A DNA stretch of 64,000 bases from Mantamonas sphyraenae STR306 (Eukaryota > Protista > CRuMs), in contig JAPMXV010000018.1 in assembly GCA_026936335.1 (NCBI GenBank), positions 1 through 64,000 on the forward strand, given 5' to 3'. The notes below the pieces were generated by a model, which worked only from the letters and a program-made list of their open reading frames with translations, was not told the DNA's origin and did no database searches. Position numbers and translations under genes: made by a program. Within the stretch, counting starts at the first letter, position 1. Every line of letters begins with the position of its first letter. Positions 25,201 to 36,499 of the stretch are shown here, one piece after another.

Positions 25201-25510
25201 CATGTGGGTCCACTCTCGCAATCGTCCGTTCCGCGTCCCGCTGGACAACCGGCTGGAAACAATGTCTCTCAACACGCTGCAGGCTGTGTTTGTGGCCGGT
25301 GCCGTGGTTCGTTTGAGTACACAGGCCACCTCCGGAGTGTTTGTCGCCCTTGTGGCCAGCATTGCCACAGGGTTGGTGGGCCTCGTCCTCATTGGCGCGC
25401 TTGTCGTTCAAGGCGCACGGCGACAGGCCGAGAGGCTCACCAAGGGGCGCCCCATGCGTGAAACCGCCGGGGATCTTGGTGTCGGCCTGTTGGGCAAGTC
25501 ATGGAGGTGA
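22238..25510 (+). CDS. LRR receptor-like protein: plant-type 24-aa LRRs, Cys-rich stalk, ~7-TM domain
   Basis: Signal peptide; 'LxxLxLxxNxLTGxIPxSxGxL' repeats; 'CAQGY..SRVCSECDAGFY'; TM region 'FGFLYRCYR...FWYEV..MVRR...PFR...NRLE' of the same family as 6091-12125. Confidence 0.9.
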   Translation: MAPTMWCRRVLGAAVLLLGLLACSGACGPEERAALAAVMGALPVSVPSDVQSRCYCLWMNGTTCSASADLSMADCGPGWHLTTLFRRDPLGGRLVDQLCDLQALQNLTLRDTWLVGSVPQCMGRLGQLQHLDLSFNHLTGPVPTSLGDLRNLRHLAFHFTELSGELPASLCNLDMLETLDFRSRFLTGPIPVEIGRLSRLRVLYLYHSMFSGPIPPSISNLTLLEDLRLFSNRLSGAIPPSVSRLRRLRIFDVRSNQLTGTLPDFTNMTQLEYLIAFNNELTGSIPPSIGHLPRLVQLFLQSNRLTGPIPASFGNLKRVKTLRLSYNQLSGPIPRELEWMDNVELLDLDHNAFSGPLPQVSNEAWPNLRRLQLGYNQLSGSFPGVVFNLGQLTQVDIAHNNFSSLGASGSVISTFLTDLDASHNPYLCGNVSKLPDMFSIERLLLHNTQLQGKLDTFRSTTRLQRLDVSNTNLTGGFSEAFANASVLWYLDVSRTQMQLQQGYTGFLKPLVNESHQVDQVSCQTFTSAHRDMLFFYDAQNWIEQCECDDGWTGHRQRCKECPLVFARCNCTNGTISGCRVVPGNTSTVAPYVQTMANGEFNLHTARVLPCPAASMCGPLRVDNTQPAENMLHCAQGYRDGSRVCSECDAGFYRHGKTCTQCPNSTWMAITLCLLLLGFIGALVAVNRMRLFAGSDMGTLKIMLFFWQILDIIEQSSMSLTAATAAVAGTDEGDLRGFSDSLHRLLGEVSAVFNLSPSSLPCLFAPTPGYTERWAAAFLLGTASIVPLLCTGAAMTYAWRRWQGWRLGREAVELQQDADWVVLDQATKRKPAWHRAAGLLLFALHVAYSPILLSVLSMVACTDPTLGKPEGSQQMFLSSLPYLVCSSDNTDPTLLAVQAVAVLLLVVVGIGLPLFDLMALLWLRWTDQLQSEWAETVFGFLYRCYRDDYFWYEVFVMVRRFLVTLVVTTVPFYDRTTFFVTLYVVLAVSMWVHSRNRPFRVPLDNRLETMSLNTLQAVFVAGAVVRLSTQATSGVFVALVASIATGLVGLVLIGALVVQGARRQAERLTKGRPMRETAGDLGVGLLGKSWR

Positions 25511-25550
25511 GGGTGCACAGCACAGGCCCTGGCCCGAGAATCAAAAAATG

Positions 25551-26255
25551 TCACATCCCCCCCAGCCACACCACCAGCTCCGTCCCTGCAAACACCGCCC
25601 CAATCACAACAAGCTCGCCCACAAAATAGACACTCAGGAAACCCGTGGCTACGCCATCCTCGGCGTTCCTTTGCAACTGCGGCCGCTTCGTGCGTGCCAA
25701 CTCCGCCACCTCCCTCTCCGTCACTCCTCCAGCGGGAACACGCCCTAGCTGTGCCACACACGCATCTACTTCCACCTGTTTGGTTGTCTTCAACAGCCGC
25801 CGCAAGGCCGCACGTTCAACAACATCTGTGGTCCTTGAAAACATCCTGTCCTTTTTCTTGCGTCCGTCGCCGCCCCCACTCCCACTCACTCAGCCCATGT
25901 AGCGGCTGCACCACTCTACGCCCGCCACAATCGGCGCACACACCATCGCAAGGCCCACCAACGCATCTGGCCACACGTGACGCAGCCCTCGCTTTGGCCT
26001 CGTCACATACTGCTGCAAACGCCGTGCCTGAACGTCAGCCTCCTGTTGAAGACTCTCATGTTCCCAAAGCACCGTTTCCACCGTCTTCCCAGCCCTACGC
26101 AGCACCTGCCCTCGTGCACGGCGAGTCTTGGCCTGAAGCAACTCCCGCGACACCTGCCTCCTCGCACGCGACACTGCCTCGTCCACCACCACACGATGCG
26201 CATCACGAGCCCGTACAGCATCCATTGCACGTCTCACCAGCTCCCTCCGGCTCAT
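25551..26255 (-). CDS. Hypothetical protein(s): two same-frame ORFs separated by one TGA
   Basis: ORFs 25890..26255 and 25551..25889 are contiguous and in frame; each has a hydrophobic segment; no recognised family. Confidence 0.3.
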
Positions 26256-26356
26256 TCCACACTCACGCCACTGAAATCGTTTTCAACAAGTTCTCTGTGC
26301 AGGCTTGCCTGCACCAACGCATCCAGGCCAATCCCCATTCCAGTCACTTGCCATCC

Positions 26357-27034
26357 ATGGATGCACCCTCTGCTTCAGCACTGGCCCAACTGGCACTGGG
26401 CTGGCTGGCCTTTGGCGCCCTCCACTCCGCCTTGGCTTCCGACACTCTGAAGCGGTTCGTTGCTGCCCATGCCCCGGACGCCATCGCACGGCGGTACAGA
26501 CTCGTTTGCTTCAACACAACGTCCCTTCTCGCCATCCTCCCTGTCATCTGGCTCCACATCCGCGCCTCTGGTGGCCCACTTGTGATCGAGCACACCGGCC
26601 TGCGCTGGCTTGTCACAACGGCCCTTTCTCTCTTTGCCCTGCACCAGCTCGTCTTTGCAGGCAGCATGTACGACACTCGAGTCTTCTGGGGACTCGATCC
26701 ACAGCCGACAGCCGACCCTACGGCCGTTGCCGCCGCAGAAGCCTTTCGCATCGCCAACCTCCATCGGTTCGTCCGCCATCCGTGGTACAGTCTCATCATG
26801 GTCTTGCTTTGGACTCGTTCGATGGACGCAGCCACTCTCACTTCGGCTCTGTGCATCACCGCCTACTTTTGTCTTGGATCTGTCCTGGAAGAACAGAAAC
26901 TCGTCGCCCTGTTCGGCCCAGCATACACTGCGTTCCAAGATAGGGTCCCACGTTTCATTCCCAACCCATTCCACCCTCTTTCCCCAGCCGAGGCTACGCA
27001 GATGGAGGCCTTGGGCGCAACCAAAGCCAAGTAG
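26357..27034 (+). CDS. ICMT/NnrU/nurim(MddA)-like membrane methyltransferase-family protein
   Basis: 'FGALHSALAS', 'HRFVRHPWY', 'LEEQKLVALFGPAYTAFQDRVPRFIP'; intronless. Confidence 0.85.
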   Translation: MDAPSASALAQLALGWLAFGALHSALASDTLKRFVAAHAPDAIARRYRLVCFNTTSLLAILPVIWLHIRASGGPLVIEHTGLRWLVTTALSLFALHQLVFAGSMYDTRVFWGLDPQPTADPTAVAAAEAFRIANLHRFVRHPWYSLIMVLLWTRSMDAATLTSALCITAYFCLGSVLEEQKLVALFGPAYTAFQDRVPRFIPNPFHPLSPAEATQMEALGATKAK

Positions 27035-27052
27035 ACCCACGCAGCTCCTCCT

Positions 27053-28225
27053 ATGTCTTCCCGCAAGGCCCCGAAAAAGGAAAGTGAACAAACCGAGCTT
27101 GCACCCTTGGATGACCCGGTCTCCACCTCGCCGTCTTCTTCAGATCCTCCGGAAGCCTGGCAGCGTTCGGTAGAGCTCGTGCCCCTCTCCAAGCTCGCCC
27201 CGCCTCTTTTCCTCACCATCATGCGTGTGTGTGGTTGCAACACCGACGGCACCATCAACCGCACACGTCTGTACGCTGTCAGTGTGCTGCAAGGATTGTT
27301 CACTGTGGGCACGTTCATTCGCGAGTTTGGAAACGTGGACTACGCTGCCATTTTCTTCTTCTGTGCCATTGTGCCCGAGCTGTTTTTCCAAGTTTCTCGA
27401 CTTCATGTCCACGGCGCCGGCACACGACTCATGGTGGCCACCTATGACCAGGAGGCCTCGCGGCAGCAATTTGCTGCAATTGCACGCGGCTCCACCGCCG
27501 TCATGGCCGCATTTTTCGTCCTTTTCCTCACTGGGATCGCCTACTGGGATGGCACTCGACTGTGGAGCCTCGACAAGGCGTGGGGGTTTCCCATGGTGCC
27601 CACTGTCATCGTCGGCGGCATCGCGCACCTCTTCGTCAACACAATCGGCTTCTTCGCCTCAGCAGGGTTCATTCTCTTCCACTGTGAATCCTACTGCGAT
27701 GCACTCATCACCTTTGGCGTGCGTCTCCAGCGTGCACATGTGGATCTGCACACGCTCGTCGACGAAGCCGCGCTTCTGGAGGAAGCGCATCTCGAACTCC
27801 GCGCTTTCGAGCGCTACAACCAAATGCTCACCTTCAACGCCGTGTTCACTTGCACCATCTGTTTCTACGCCAATCTCTTCACCTTTGGTGGAACCAGTGT
27901 CCTCCTGTGGATGCTCGCACTCTCCAAAGCCCTTCTGCTCGTGCCCACTCTACATCGAATGTCCACCACAAACTTTGACTGGGATGTCGCCACCGAACGG
28001 GTTGCACTCCGTCACCCTGTGCTCACTGTCAGCGAGCGAGCCGACCTCATCAATGTCCTGAGAACGGCAAATCTCTACATCCGAGCCGGCTCTGTTCCCG
28101 TCCGCCACGGCGGCATCCTCCGCGTCATGTACATCTCGCTCACGATTTTTCTCACCCTCGTGCGCCTGTCGACCACAGCTGAAGGGAGGGCTCTCTTTGG
28201 TGTGCCTCGCCTGCTCGACGCTTGA
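27053..28225 (+). CDS. Multi-pass (~7 TM) protein, possibly gustatory-receptor-like (7TMIC)
   Basis: 390 aa with ~7 hydrophobic helices; C-terminal 'IRAGSVPVRHGGILRVMYISLTIFLTLVRL' resembles a split TM7. Confidence 0.6.
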   Translation: MSSRKAPKKESEQTELAPLDDPVSTSPSSSDPPEAWQRSVELVPLSKLAPPLFLTIMRVCGCNTDGTINRTRLYAVSVLQGLFTVGTFIREFGNVDYAAIFFFCAIVPELFFQVSRLHVHGAGTRLMVATYDQEASRQQFAAIARGSTAVMAAFFVLFLTGIAYWDGTRLWSLDKAWGFPMVPTVIVGGIAHLFVNTIGFFASAGFILFHCESYCDALITFGVRLQRAHVDLHTLVDEAALLEEAHLELRAFERYNQMLTFNAVFTCTICFYANLFTFGGTSVLLWMLALSKALLLVPTLHRMSTTNFDWDVATERVALRHPVLTVSERADLINVLRTANLYIRAGSVPVRHGGILRVMYISLTIFLTLVRLSTTAEGRALFGVPRLLDA

Positions 28226-28259
28226 CGTGCACAGCACACTGTGCTTCTGCGACCAGGCA

Positions 28260-28497
28260 TGACATGATGCACGAGTGGGTCGGGCGTGGTGCACACGATG
28301 GCACTGGTTTGTGGGGGGCAGCGCTCTGGATGCGGCGTTGGAGACGGCGTTGGTGATGAATGGAGAAGAGAGGGAGGTGATGTTTGAGTGTGGCGGGATG
28401 GAAGGGTATGAGGCGAGTGTGAGTGGTGGACCCTGCCGGATGAGGTGATGGAGAGAGTGCTGGGGTGGATGGGTAGGGAGGAGTGGGACAGAGTGTG
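28260..28497 (+). pseudogene. Frameshifted relic of the C-terminal tail of the LRR/ankyrin gene family
   Basis: 'WHWFVGG...LETALVMNGEEREVMFECGGME...TLPDEVMERVLGW' matches the 4106-4300 tail; 1-nt deletion relative to the 39308-39461 copy. Confidence 0.8.
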
Positions 28498-30297
28498 ATG
28501 TGCAGGATGTTTGGTTTGTGCTCTTGTCCCGGCACGCAAACCCAATCAGCAAATGAGTGACACAAGATCCAAGTTGATGGCCAAAAAGAGTGGAATGACC
28601 AAGGTGTGTTGTGTGCAGCCATGTAGGGAGACGCGGAGAGAGAGGAGGGGAGGGGGGGACGTGTGCTGACGTGTGTGGGTGCAGCCTCACCTGGGGGTCG
28701 CGGTGTTGGGACATGTGGACAGTGGAAAGTCGACGCTTGTGGGCCACTTTCTTGCTCTGTGTGGAATGTTGGACTCGCGCACGTTGGAAAAGTACCGTGC
28801 AGAGGCCATCGAGCACAATATGGGGTCGTATCGCTATGCGTGGATCTGTGACAAGCTCAGCGACGAGAGGGAACGCGGCATCACAATCAACGGGTCGCTG
28901 CATCGGCTGGAAACGGAAAAGTACGAACTGTCGGTGTTTGACGCGCCGGGATGTCGAGACTTTACAAAGAACTTGCTGACTGGGCTGTCGCAAACGGACG
29001 TGGGCATTCTGGTTGTGTCTGCGGCGCGGGGCGAGTTTGAGGCTGGGATTTCCCGCGACGGGCAGACGCGAGAGCACGCGCTGCTGGCACTGACAATGGG
29101 TGTGAATCGCCTGATTGTGGTGGTGAACAAGATGGACGAAGCATTCTATGACGAGGGGCGGTATGATGAGGTGAAGGAGGAAACGGCAAAGGTGTTGAAA
29201 AAGATCGGGTTCCTGGAAAAGGACGTGACGTTTGTGGCAGCAAGTGCTTTTCGTGGACTGAACCTGACGTACGCGGGCCACCAGGAAAAGTTTGAGTGGA
29301 ACAAGACACCGACGCTTCTGCGTGCGCTGGACGAGCAGCCGAGGCCGGAGCGTGCTGTGGCGCGACCGCTGAGGATGCCCGTGCAGGATGTGTACAAGAT
29401 CAGGGGTGTGGGCACAGTGGTTGTGGGTAGGGTGGAAGCCGGTACGCTGAGGCAGGGCATGAAGGTTGTGGTTGGACCGTCTGGAGTCACGGCAACGGTG
29501 GAGCGGATCGAGTCGTACCACCGAGATCTGAAGCAGGCTGGAGCAGGGCTGCATGTGGGAGTGAGTTTTGGCAGTCAGCTGTCCAAAGCACAGGACCTGA
29601 AACGCGGCTTTGTGATCGGCAGTGCGGACAGCTCTGCACCCAAAGTGTGCGAGAGCTTCACGGCGCGTGTGGTGATCCTGAACCATCCCAACTGGATCCG
29701 CCCCGGCTACACGCCCGTGCTGGACGTGCACACGTCGCACATTGCATGCAAGATGACTGAGCTGATCGAGGTGTACCACCCGGTCAAGGGAAACGTGATT
29801 GACAGCGAACCGGCCTACATCAAGAAGGGCGACCACGCACTGGTGCGGTTTGTTCCAACCAAGCCGCTGTGTGTGGAGGCGTTCAAGGACTGTCCGCAAC
29901 TGGGACGCTTCTCGCTGCGGGATCTTCGCAGAACGGTTGCCGTGGGCAAGATCATCGATGTGGAGGGAGAGGACCTGAAGGACTGGGCCAAGGAAAAGGC
30001 AATGGCAAAGAAGCAGCAGGCAAAGATGGAGAAGGAGAAGGAGCAGGGAGGGGAGAAGGAGGAGGCAGCTGGTGAGGCAGACCAGGATCCACAACCGAGC
30101 AGCAAGGACCCGGAGGAGGAGAGCTGATGTGGACGTGTGTGCGTGTGGGGGGCGTGTGTGTGGGGGGGGGGGGGATGGAGGGCAATGGAACAGCAAGCAT
30201 CAAGCATCCAGCATCAAACAGCAAACCACGTTCATTCACATGGCAAAGAGAGCCAGGGAGACCAAGAGGGTGGCACAGAAGGTCCAGATGCTCGTGG
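28346..30297 (+). repeat. Segmental inverted duplication, copy 1 (partner 37520-39461)
   Basis: Near-identical to the reverse complement of 37520-39461, including upstream region, intron, CDS and 3' flank. Confidence 0.97.
28577..30127 (+). CDS. Divergent EF-1alpha-like translational GTPase, copy 1
   Basis: Exon 1 MAKKSGMTK, intron 28604-28684; GHVDSGKST, ERERGITI, DAPGCRDF, NKMD, 'PLRMPVQDVYKIRGVGTV.VGRVE', 'LGRFSLRDLRRTVAVGKI'. Confidence 0.93.
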
Positions 30298-31414
30298 AAG
30301 CAAACGAAGCGTCGCTCGTGGTGGTGGTGCTCTCCGACTCGTCGTAGGAGTTTGCGTCCATGCCAAAGTCCGGATCCCAGTCCATCCTGGTCCAGCGGCC
30401 CTTCTTGGCAAAGGTCCAGGCCATGCGGCTGACGGTGACGGAAACGTTCTCCTCGTCGCCGCTGTCCGGGTTGGAGCCGTCCTTGAACTGCTGGGCGGCG
30501 GCACTGAGGTCGCGGTCAAACGAAGTGGAAACCACCGAGGCGTTCATGCCGTCGATGGTGACCTCACGGGTCCAGCCAATGCGAGCGGCGACGCCCGAGG
30601 CGCCGGTGTCAAACTCGACAGCGGACTCTTTGGGGGCGTCAGGAGCAGCGCCGGTGGTGTTGACGTTGTTCTCCTTGCGACCTGTCTTGGAGGCGACCGT
30701 CCAGCTCCTGAGAGCGAGGTAGGTGCCGTTGGCCTGGTTCCAGGGGTAATTGTTGACCCACACATCGACCTTGAGCGCCTCGGGGCGAATGGGCAGCTTG
30801 CGGCCATTCGGGAGCATGGGCGAGTCGGCAATGTTGACTTTGATGCCCATGACGCCGTCCTGGGACTGGGACGTCCAGGCATACAAGGTCCCGTTGACCG
30901 TCTCCGTCTTGGTCTCCTGGAAGGCCGTCCAGACCTTGCTGCTCAGATCCACCTGCGAGTAGATGTGGCTCGTCTGCGGATCAAATCCCTGGGGCGGGGT
31001 GGTGTCGTTGTACTCGACGAGAGAGTGGAAGCTGTGTGCGTTTGTGTGAGCAGCGGGAGAGAGCCGGAATTTTTTTTTGTGGGCGGCGACAACCTACCGC
31101 GTTCGGAAAAACGCCCCCGATTTTGTGTCCTTGCCCTTGTTGAAGAACATGAAGCTGAACTGCGGGCCGGTGGAGACGAGAAAGCGGGCACGCCAAGCGT
31201 GTGCCTCATCCTCGCCCTTCTTGGCCTTGACCTTGATCACGACGTTCCTGTTGGTAGATATGATCTGCAAAGCACGCTTGCGAGATTGACCATTGGGTCC
31301 GGGCTGGCCACCGGGGCCGGGTTTGTTGTTGCCGTTGCCGTTGCCGTTGCCTTGGGCGGCAGCCAGGGCCACGAGTGCAGTGATGCAGATGAAGAGAAGA
31401 AAAGCTCGGTTCAT
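30236..31414 (-). CDS. Secreted/membrane-anchored glycoprotein of unknown function
   Basis: Signal peptide MNRAFLLFICITALVALAAA; intron 31032-31097 joins ORFs 31094..31627 and 30236..30952 in frame; 'SLVEYND', 'LKVDVWVNNYPW', 'WDPDFG'; Ser/Thr linker and hydrophobic C-terminus. Confidence 0.8.
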
Positions 31415-31451
31415 CGTTTTTTGGAGGGAAAGGTTGGCAAAGCTTGCGCTC

Positions 31452-34400
31452 TCACATTGGCTCGTCGTCGTTGCCGTCGCTGCTCTCCTCCACGATGATC
31501 TCCAGGGCGCCGAGATCGTTCTTGCGCTCAACGACAGAGCTAGGTGCGTCTCGACTGCTGCCACTGCTGCTGCGGCGGCGTGCGACGACAGTGTTGACTC
31601 CTGAACCCTCGCGGATGTTCTGCGCAATGGCGACGAGGACGGCAGGGGGGAAAAGCCGCAGAATCTTGCCCAGCTCGACGCTCTGACGGCGCAAATCGTC
31701 GAGTACGGGCCGCATCACAGTGGAAGCGACAAAAGCGAGGACAACGAATCCAAGGCAGGCCTCGGCTACGGCGACGGTGTCCAGGAACTCTCGCGTGGCC
31801 TGCACACGCGCAAGCGCCCCTCGGGTCCACTTTTCCACAATGGCATTGACCCGTTGCTCGTAGGCCAGAAGTTCCGCAAGGCCATCCGAGTGCGGAAGGT
31901 CGGCCCAGCCTCGTACGGCGCCGACGTAGCCCTGAACTTCGCGAATGATGGCTCCCTGGCGCTCGACCACGTCGACCTGGGCCAGCAACTGGGTTGTAGG
32001 TCCGCCCAGAGCCACAGAGAGGGTCAGCGGACGCATGAGTGCGAGGGATCCGTGAAGGAGGCCGACGCGTTGGATTTGGGTCACACGCTGCAGCTGCTGG
32101 GTCTGCATCCCTGTCGCAACACCAAACACGAGCGAAAGGAGGAGAACGACGACGACAGTGGCCACGGCGCAGCGTCGCCTGACATCGGTGCGAGAATCGT
32201 CCTGGAATTCCGACTCGAAGCGATGATGCGTGACGCCGTGCCCGTGATGATACACGCCGACAAGGCCTGCGTAGTGGTCAATCATGGAGAGAATGACGTC
32301 ACGTGGGACGTGTGCAAACGCATACAGGGTCGCGTCCTTCTCTGTATCGAGAGCAGAAGTGGCACGACGGATGCCAAAGGCGTGTGCCGTGGCGACCGCA
32401 AGGGCGAGCAGCAGCGCGGCAGTGACAGCGAGCCAGATCCACTGCTGCATGGCAGCATTTGTGTACGCGAGAGCCAATGCTGCCGCGTCTGTGTATGCGC
32501 GCTGGAGGCGACCTTGGCCATCAGCGACAATCAGCTCGGCGTTGGAGGCGTCTGCCACGGCCGATACCCGCTGGGCGTAGATAAGACCTGCGTCTCGCAG
32601 CGGAAGAGTCTGTGTCTGATTGGTGGGCGTGTTGATGCCAACAGAGATGGGATAGGTGTCCATGCCGTCGATTGTGAGGCGCAGATCACGGCCGACGTCC
32701 AAGTCGCGATTGAGGGATGCGACGCGATGCACCATGGCAGTGGCATTGACCACCGCCCGGGCTTGTTGTACGCGTGCGTAGACGGCACCGAGACTGCAGA
32801 GCGCATCTGCACGTTGGATGCGCTGGAGCTCTGCGACGGCGCTGGCGACAGTGTGGCCCCGGCCAAGCTCGACCCACAGCCAAACGCCAAGGAGGGCCAA
32901 AGCGACCACGACAATGGCTGCATACATCCAGCGGACGCGTTGGATCACATGCGCAGCGGGTTTCCCTCCAGCAAGCTCGGTTTGCAGCTGGTCGGCGTCC
33001 AAAGCTGTCTCCACGGGATCCGTGTGATCCTCAGCAATTGTGCTGGAGGCTGAGGCACTGAGTGTCATCGAGGTGGCCGACTCTGCACTCGGCTGCACGC
33101 GTCGATGTGAACGCCGGCCCTTTCGAGCGCTGCTTGCAGTGCCACGGCTGCTGCTGTTGCTGACGACAATATCGTCGGCAGCCTCGTCATCAGAGTGTGT
33201 CTTGATCTCAGAGACATCCTGCACGCCGAGAGCATGCGCGGCACGTGCGAGAACCATGTCTGTGGTCCACTCGTCGTGGTCACCAAAGTCACGCGAGGGG
33301 GCAAGCGAAGAGTCGCCGCTCACTCCGCGGGTGGACGCGGCGTCAGAGGGTGTCTCCCAGCCAGAGATACGGCCAGAGCTGTTTCGAAGGGATGCACGGC
33401 TGGCAGGGACCGATTCCACGTCGGCGGCGTTGGTAGACACGAGCAAGAGGCCCTGGTGAGGGAGCCAATCGAATTGGATGCCTTCGTGGACAAGCCCGAC
33501 AGCCTGGATGTCGCCAAGGACAGTCACTGCTCCATCATGAGAGGCGACCCACTGCACAATGTCGGCACCCATCATGAGGGAGGTCTCATCTGAGAAAATG
33601 AGTTCGGAGACGTCTCGTCCGACCAGGGTGCTTTCCGAGAGGGCCAAGGTTCGGCAGCGCCAGCGCCAAGCTTCGTTCCAGCCAACAAGAGAAGTTCTTT
33701 GGTCGTCCTGGACATCAAAGACAATCATCATGCGGCCTTGCTGCGCTGCCGAGTCGCGCCAGATATGAACGGTGCACATTTCGTTGTCCAAAGGCTCCTG
33801 GGAGCCGTGCACGAGGACCAGCATGCCACTGGCGCTGCATGCGACGTACGGGAGACGCTGGCCTGTTGGAACGGAGCCACGCGTGACACATCCGGGCAGG
33901 AGCTTGGCAATGCTGTGGTGAAGAAGCTCGTAGTTAGCCCAACCGAGGACGCTGTCCTGCTCCATGGCAACAATGTCACCTGCTTCGTCGACCACCAACG
34001 TCGAGCGTTCAGAGAGGGAGTGTTGGGACAGACGTTGGGAGCGATCTCGGCGGCGTTCCAGATCTTTGACAGCGAGCGACCAAACGAGTGCGTCAGCGCG
34101 CTCTTCCAGTGCCTCTGCTTGCCTGTTGTCGCCGAGGACATCGTGGACAAACGCAGCGTAGGTGCGCAGAACACGTGACGAGTGCGGATAATGACGCGCG
34201 AGAGTGCGGTACCTCTGGTGCGTGTCTTCAACCCCACTGACGACGGCGCCGAGAACACGTTCCATCTCGTCGCCATCAGGTGCGTCTTCGTCGAGCAGGG
34301 ACCAAAACTGGTGCATGAATTCGAGGGTGGCAACTTGCTTGCTTTGTGCCTTTTCCAAGCTGTCGTCGAGCTGCAGCTGTGCGAGGAGGCCGGCCTCGGC

Positions 34401-36343
34401 GACGTTGGGCACCCAGGCAGGAGAGGCGGTGCCTTGCATGCAGCGCTGCTGTTCGCGCACACGTTCGATGTGCACCATGATGGCAAGGTCGGGACTGCGT
34501 GGGCACAACGTGGTGACGTACGCGAGGTCGACCTGTGCCTCGGGCTCCACGGGACAGCCCTCTTCAAGCATCCGATGGAGGCTGAGATGGATGTATGCAT
34601 GTGTGGGATAAACACGCAGAGCCTCGCGGTAGAGCTGGACACACATGGCGTGGCAGGTGTTGCTGCGCTGAAAAGCGAGGCGAAGGACGAGCTCAATGGC
34701 AAACACGCTTTGCAGCTCACCGTCTTGCGAGACGAGCGCTTGTGAAACCTGCTCGTCTGCATAGTCGCCTCGCACGACCTGGTGTTCATCCCAGCGATCG
34801 AGGGTGTCGAGCAGTCTGCGCTCGGCAAACGTGGACACCATGATGCGTGCGAGTAGGGCTGCGCCGAGAAGGCCGATGAGCATGAGCACAATCCAGAGGG
34901 CGATGTTTGTGGGTGCAAGCAAGGCGAGGAGGATGGACCAGAGCAGGGCAGCGGACATGGAGGCGGCGGCCTGATTCGTCGTGAGGGAGTAGAAGGGGTG
35001 GAACCAGACACGCACTGCAAAGACGGAAGCCACAGAGATGGCAAAGAGGCCTTTGTAGAGTGCTAGCCACCATGCGTGTTGCGTATGGCGTTGTGGATGG
35101 ACGAGAGTCAAGAATGAGCCGCACGCTGTACCACAGGAGGTCAACACGCGCATGGGGGCGGGCCGAGGCAGCTGTGGAGCTGAGACGGGAGTCAAATAGA
35201 CTGATGCGCGACGCGAGACCGGCGGCTAGGTGAATGAGGAGGGCAGGCAACGCCACAACGGTGTGCTCTGCCTCGAAGCCATAGCGCAGGGTGACCAGGA
35301 CGGGCAGATGTGCGACGGACGCCAGGATCTGCATACAGACGGCGAGGAGCTTGAGAGGCCATGCCAGGGCAAACCATTGACGAGAGACACTGGCGAGGAC
35401 GGCGAAGGAGAGGCAGGCGACGAGGAGCAGGAAACCGCACACAGTCCACAACGCGACATCTGTTGGAGTTGAAAGCAGCTGTACAACGTCGCTCAACGTG
35501 GAAAAGGCGGCATTGCGTGCGTACGTGTCTGGAAGGGCGACTGTGGGTTTGGGGTCAAGGTCGGAGGGTGTGAGCAACCTCGCAGAAAGAAGCAATTCCA
35601 AAGCAAAAAAAGATTGAACATGAAAAGCTTCCAGCCGTGTCCGGACACGCGCGACGCTTGTTGCGGGTCGCAAACATGGGGACAGGGCGGTAGCCACACA
35701 ACGAGAGTGGATGTGTGTTTGTACGGAGAGTGGTAGAGGATGGGAGCAATGTGGAAAGGCGTATATGCACTGCGTGACGGAAAGGCAAGGCGGAGGAATC
35801 CCGGAGCAAAGCGCAAGGTGCCAGCGTGCGTGGGATGGACATAGACATGTGTGGACGTGGAAACCGGCGGAAAGGATGCACAGATGTACAAATGGTGTGC
35901 TTCCAGGTGTGGATGTGTGTGAATTGGGCCATGGTGGCCCTGGAGGCGCCTGGGTAGGGCTCGGAGACACGAAATCGGCGCTTTGGATTCTTCCGCTTTT
36001 GCACACTTTGCGCCGGTGATGCATGCAAGGAGGCCGAGGTGCAAAGAGGCGTACCACGTGGTAGCAAGGGTGCGTTGGAGGTATGTGCGGCGGCGGGGCG
36101 TTGTGCATATGCTTCGTTGCAGGCAGAATGTGGATTTGGAAGAATGTGTGTTTGGGATTTTGTGGGCTTGCGCGCAGGCGAACACGTACACGGCACGAGG
36201 AGTCCCAGGAGTTGCACATGCTCAAGCATCATCGAGGCGTAGAATGCAACAGGAGGAAGAGGCGATAGGTTGCGCTGCATGATGGCCAACGTGTCAAAGA
36301 GCAGGCCTTTTGCACGCAACGCACGCGAGTTTGGCGTCGCCAC
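31452..36343 (-). CDS. TmcB/TmcC-like multi-TM protein with degenerate PAS-like region; multi-exon, 5' structure approximate
   Basis: N-terminal 'LFDTLAIM...MLEHVQLLGL'; TM block in ORF 34786..36225; 'YRTLARHYPHSSRVLRTYAAFVHDV' helical motif; C-terminal TM pairs ending 'ILRLFP'. Confidence 0.65.
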
Positions 36344-36499
36344 TCTGGCTCCGAATCAGCTCTGTCCAACACACTGACACCAGTGAGACCTATGTCACTG
36401 ATGGGTGCGGGATATGAGCCCAATATGGACATGGGCGGGGAAGGGGAACTTTGAGAATCTGTAATTATGGGCGGTCTCACGCATTCATTGATGCGCTGG

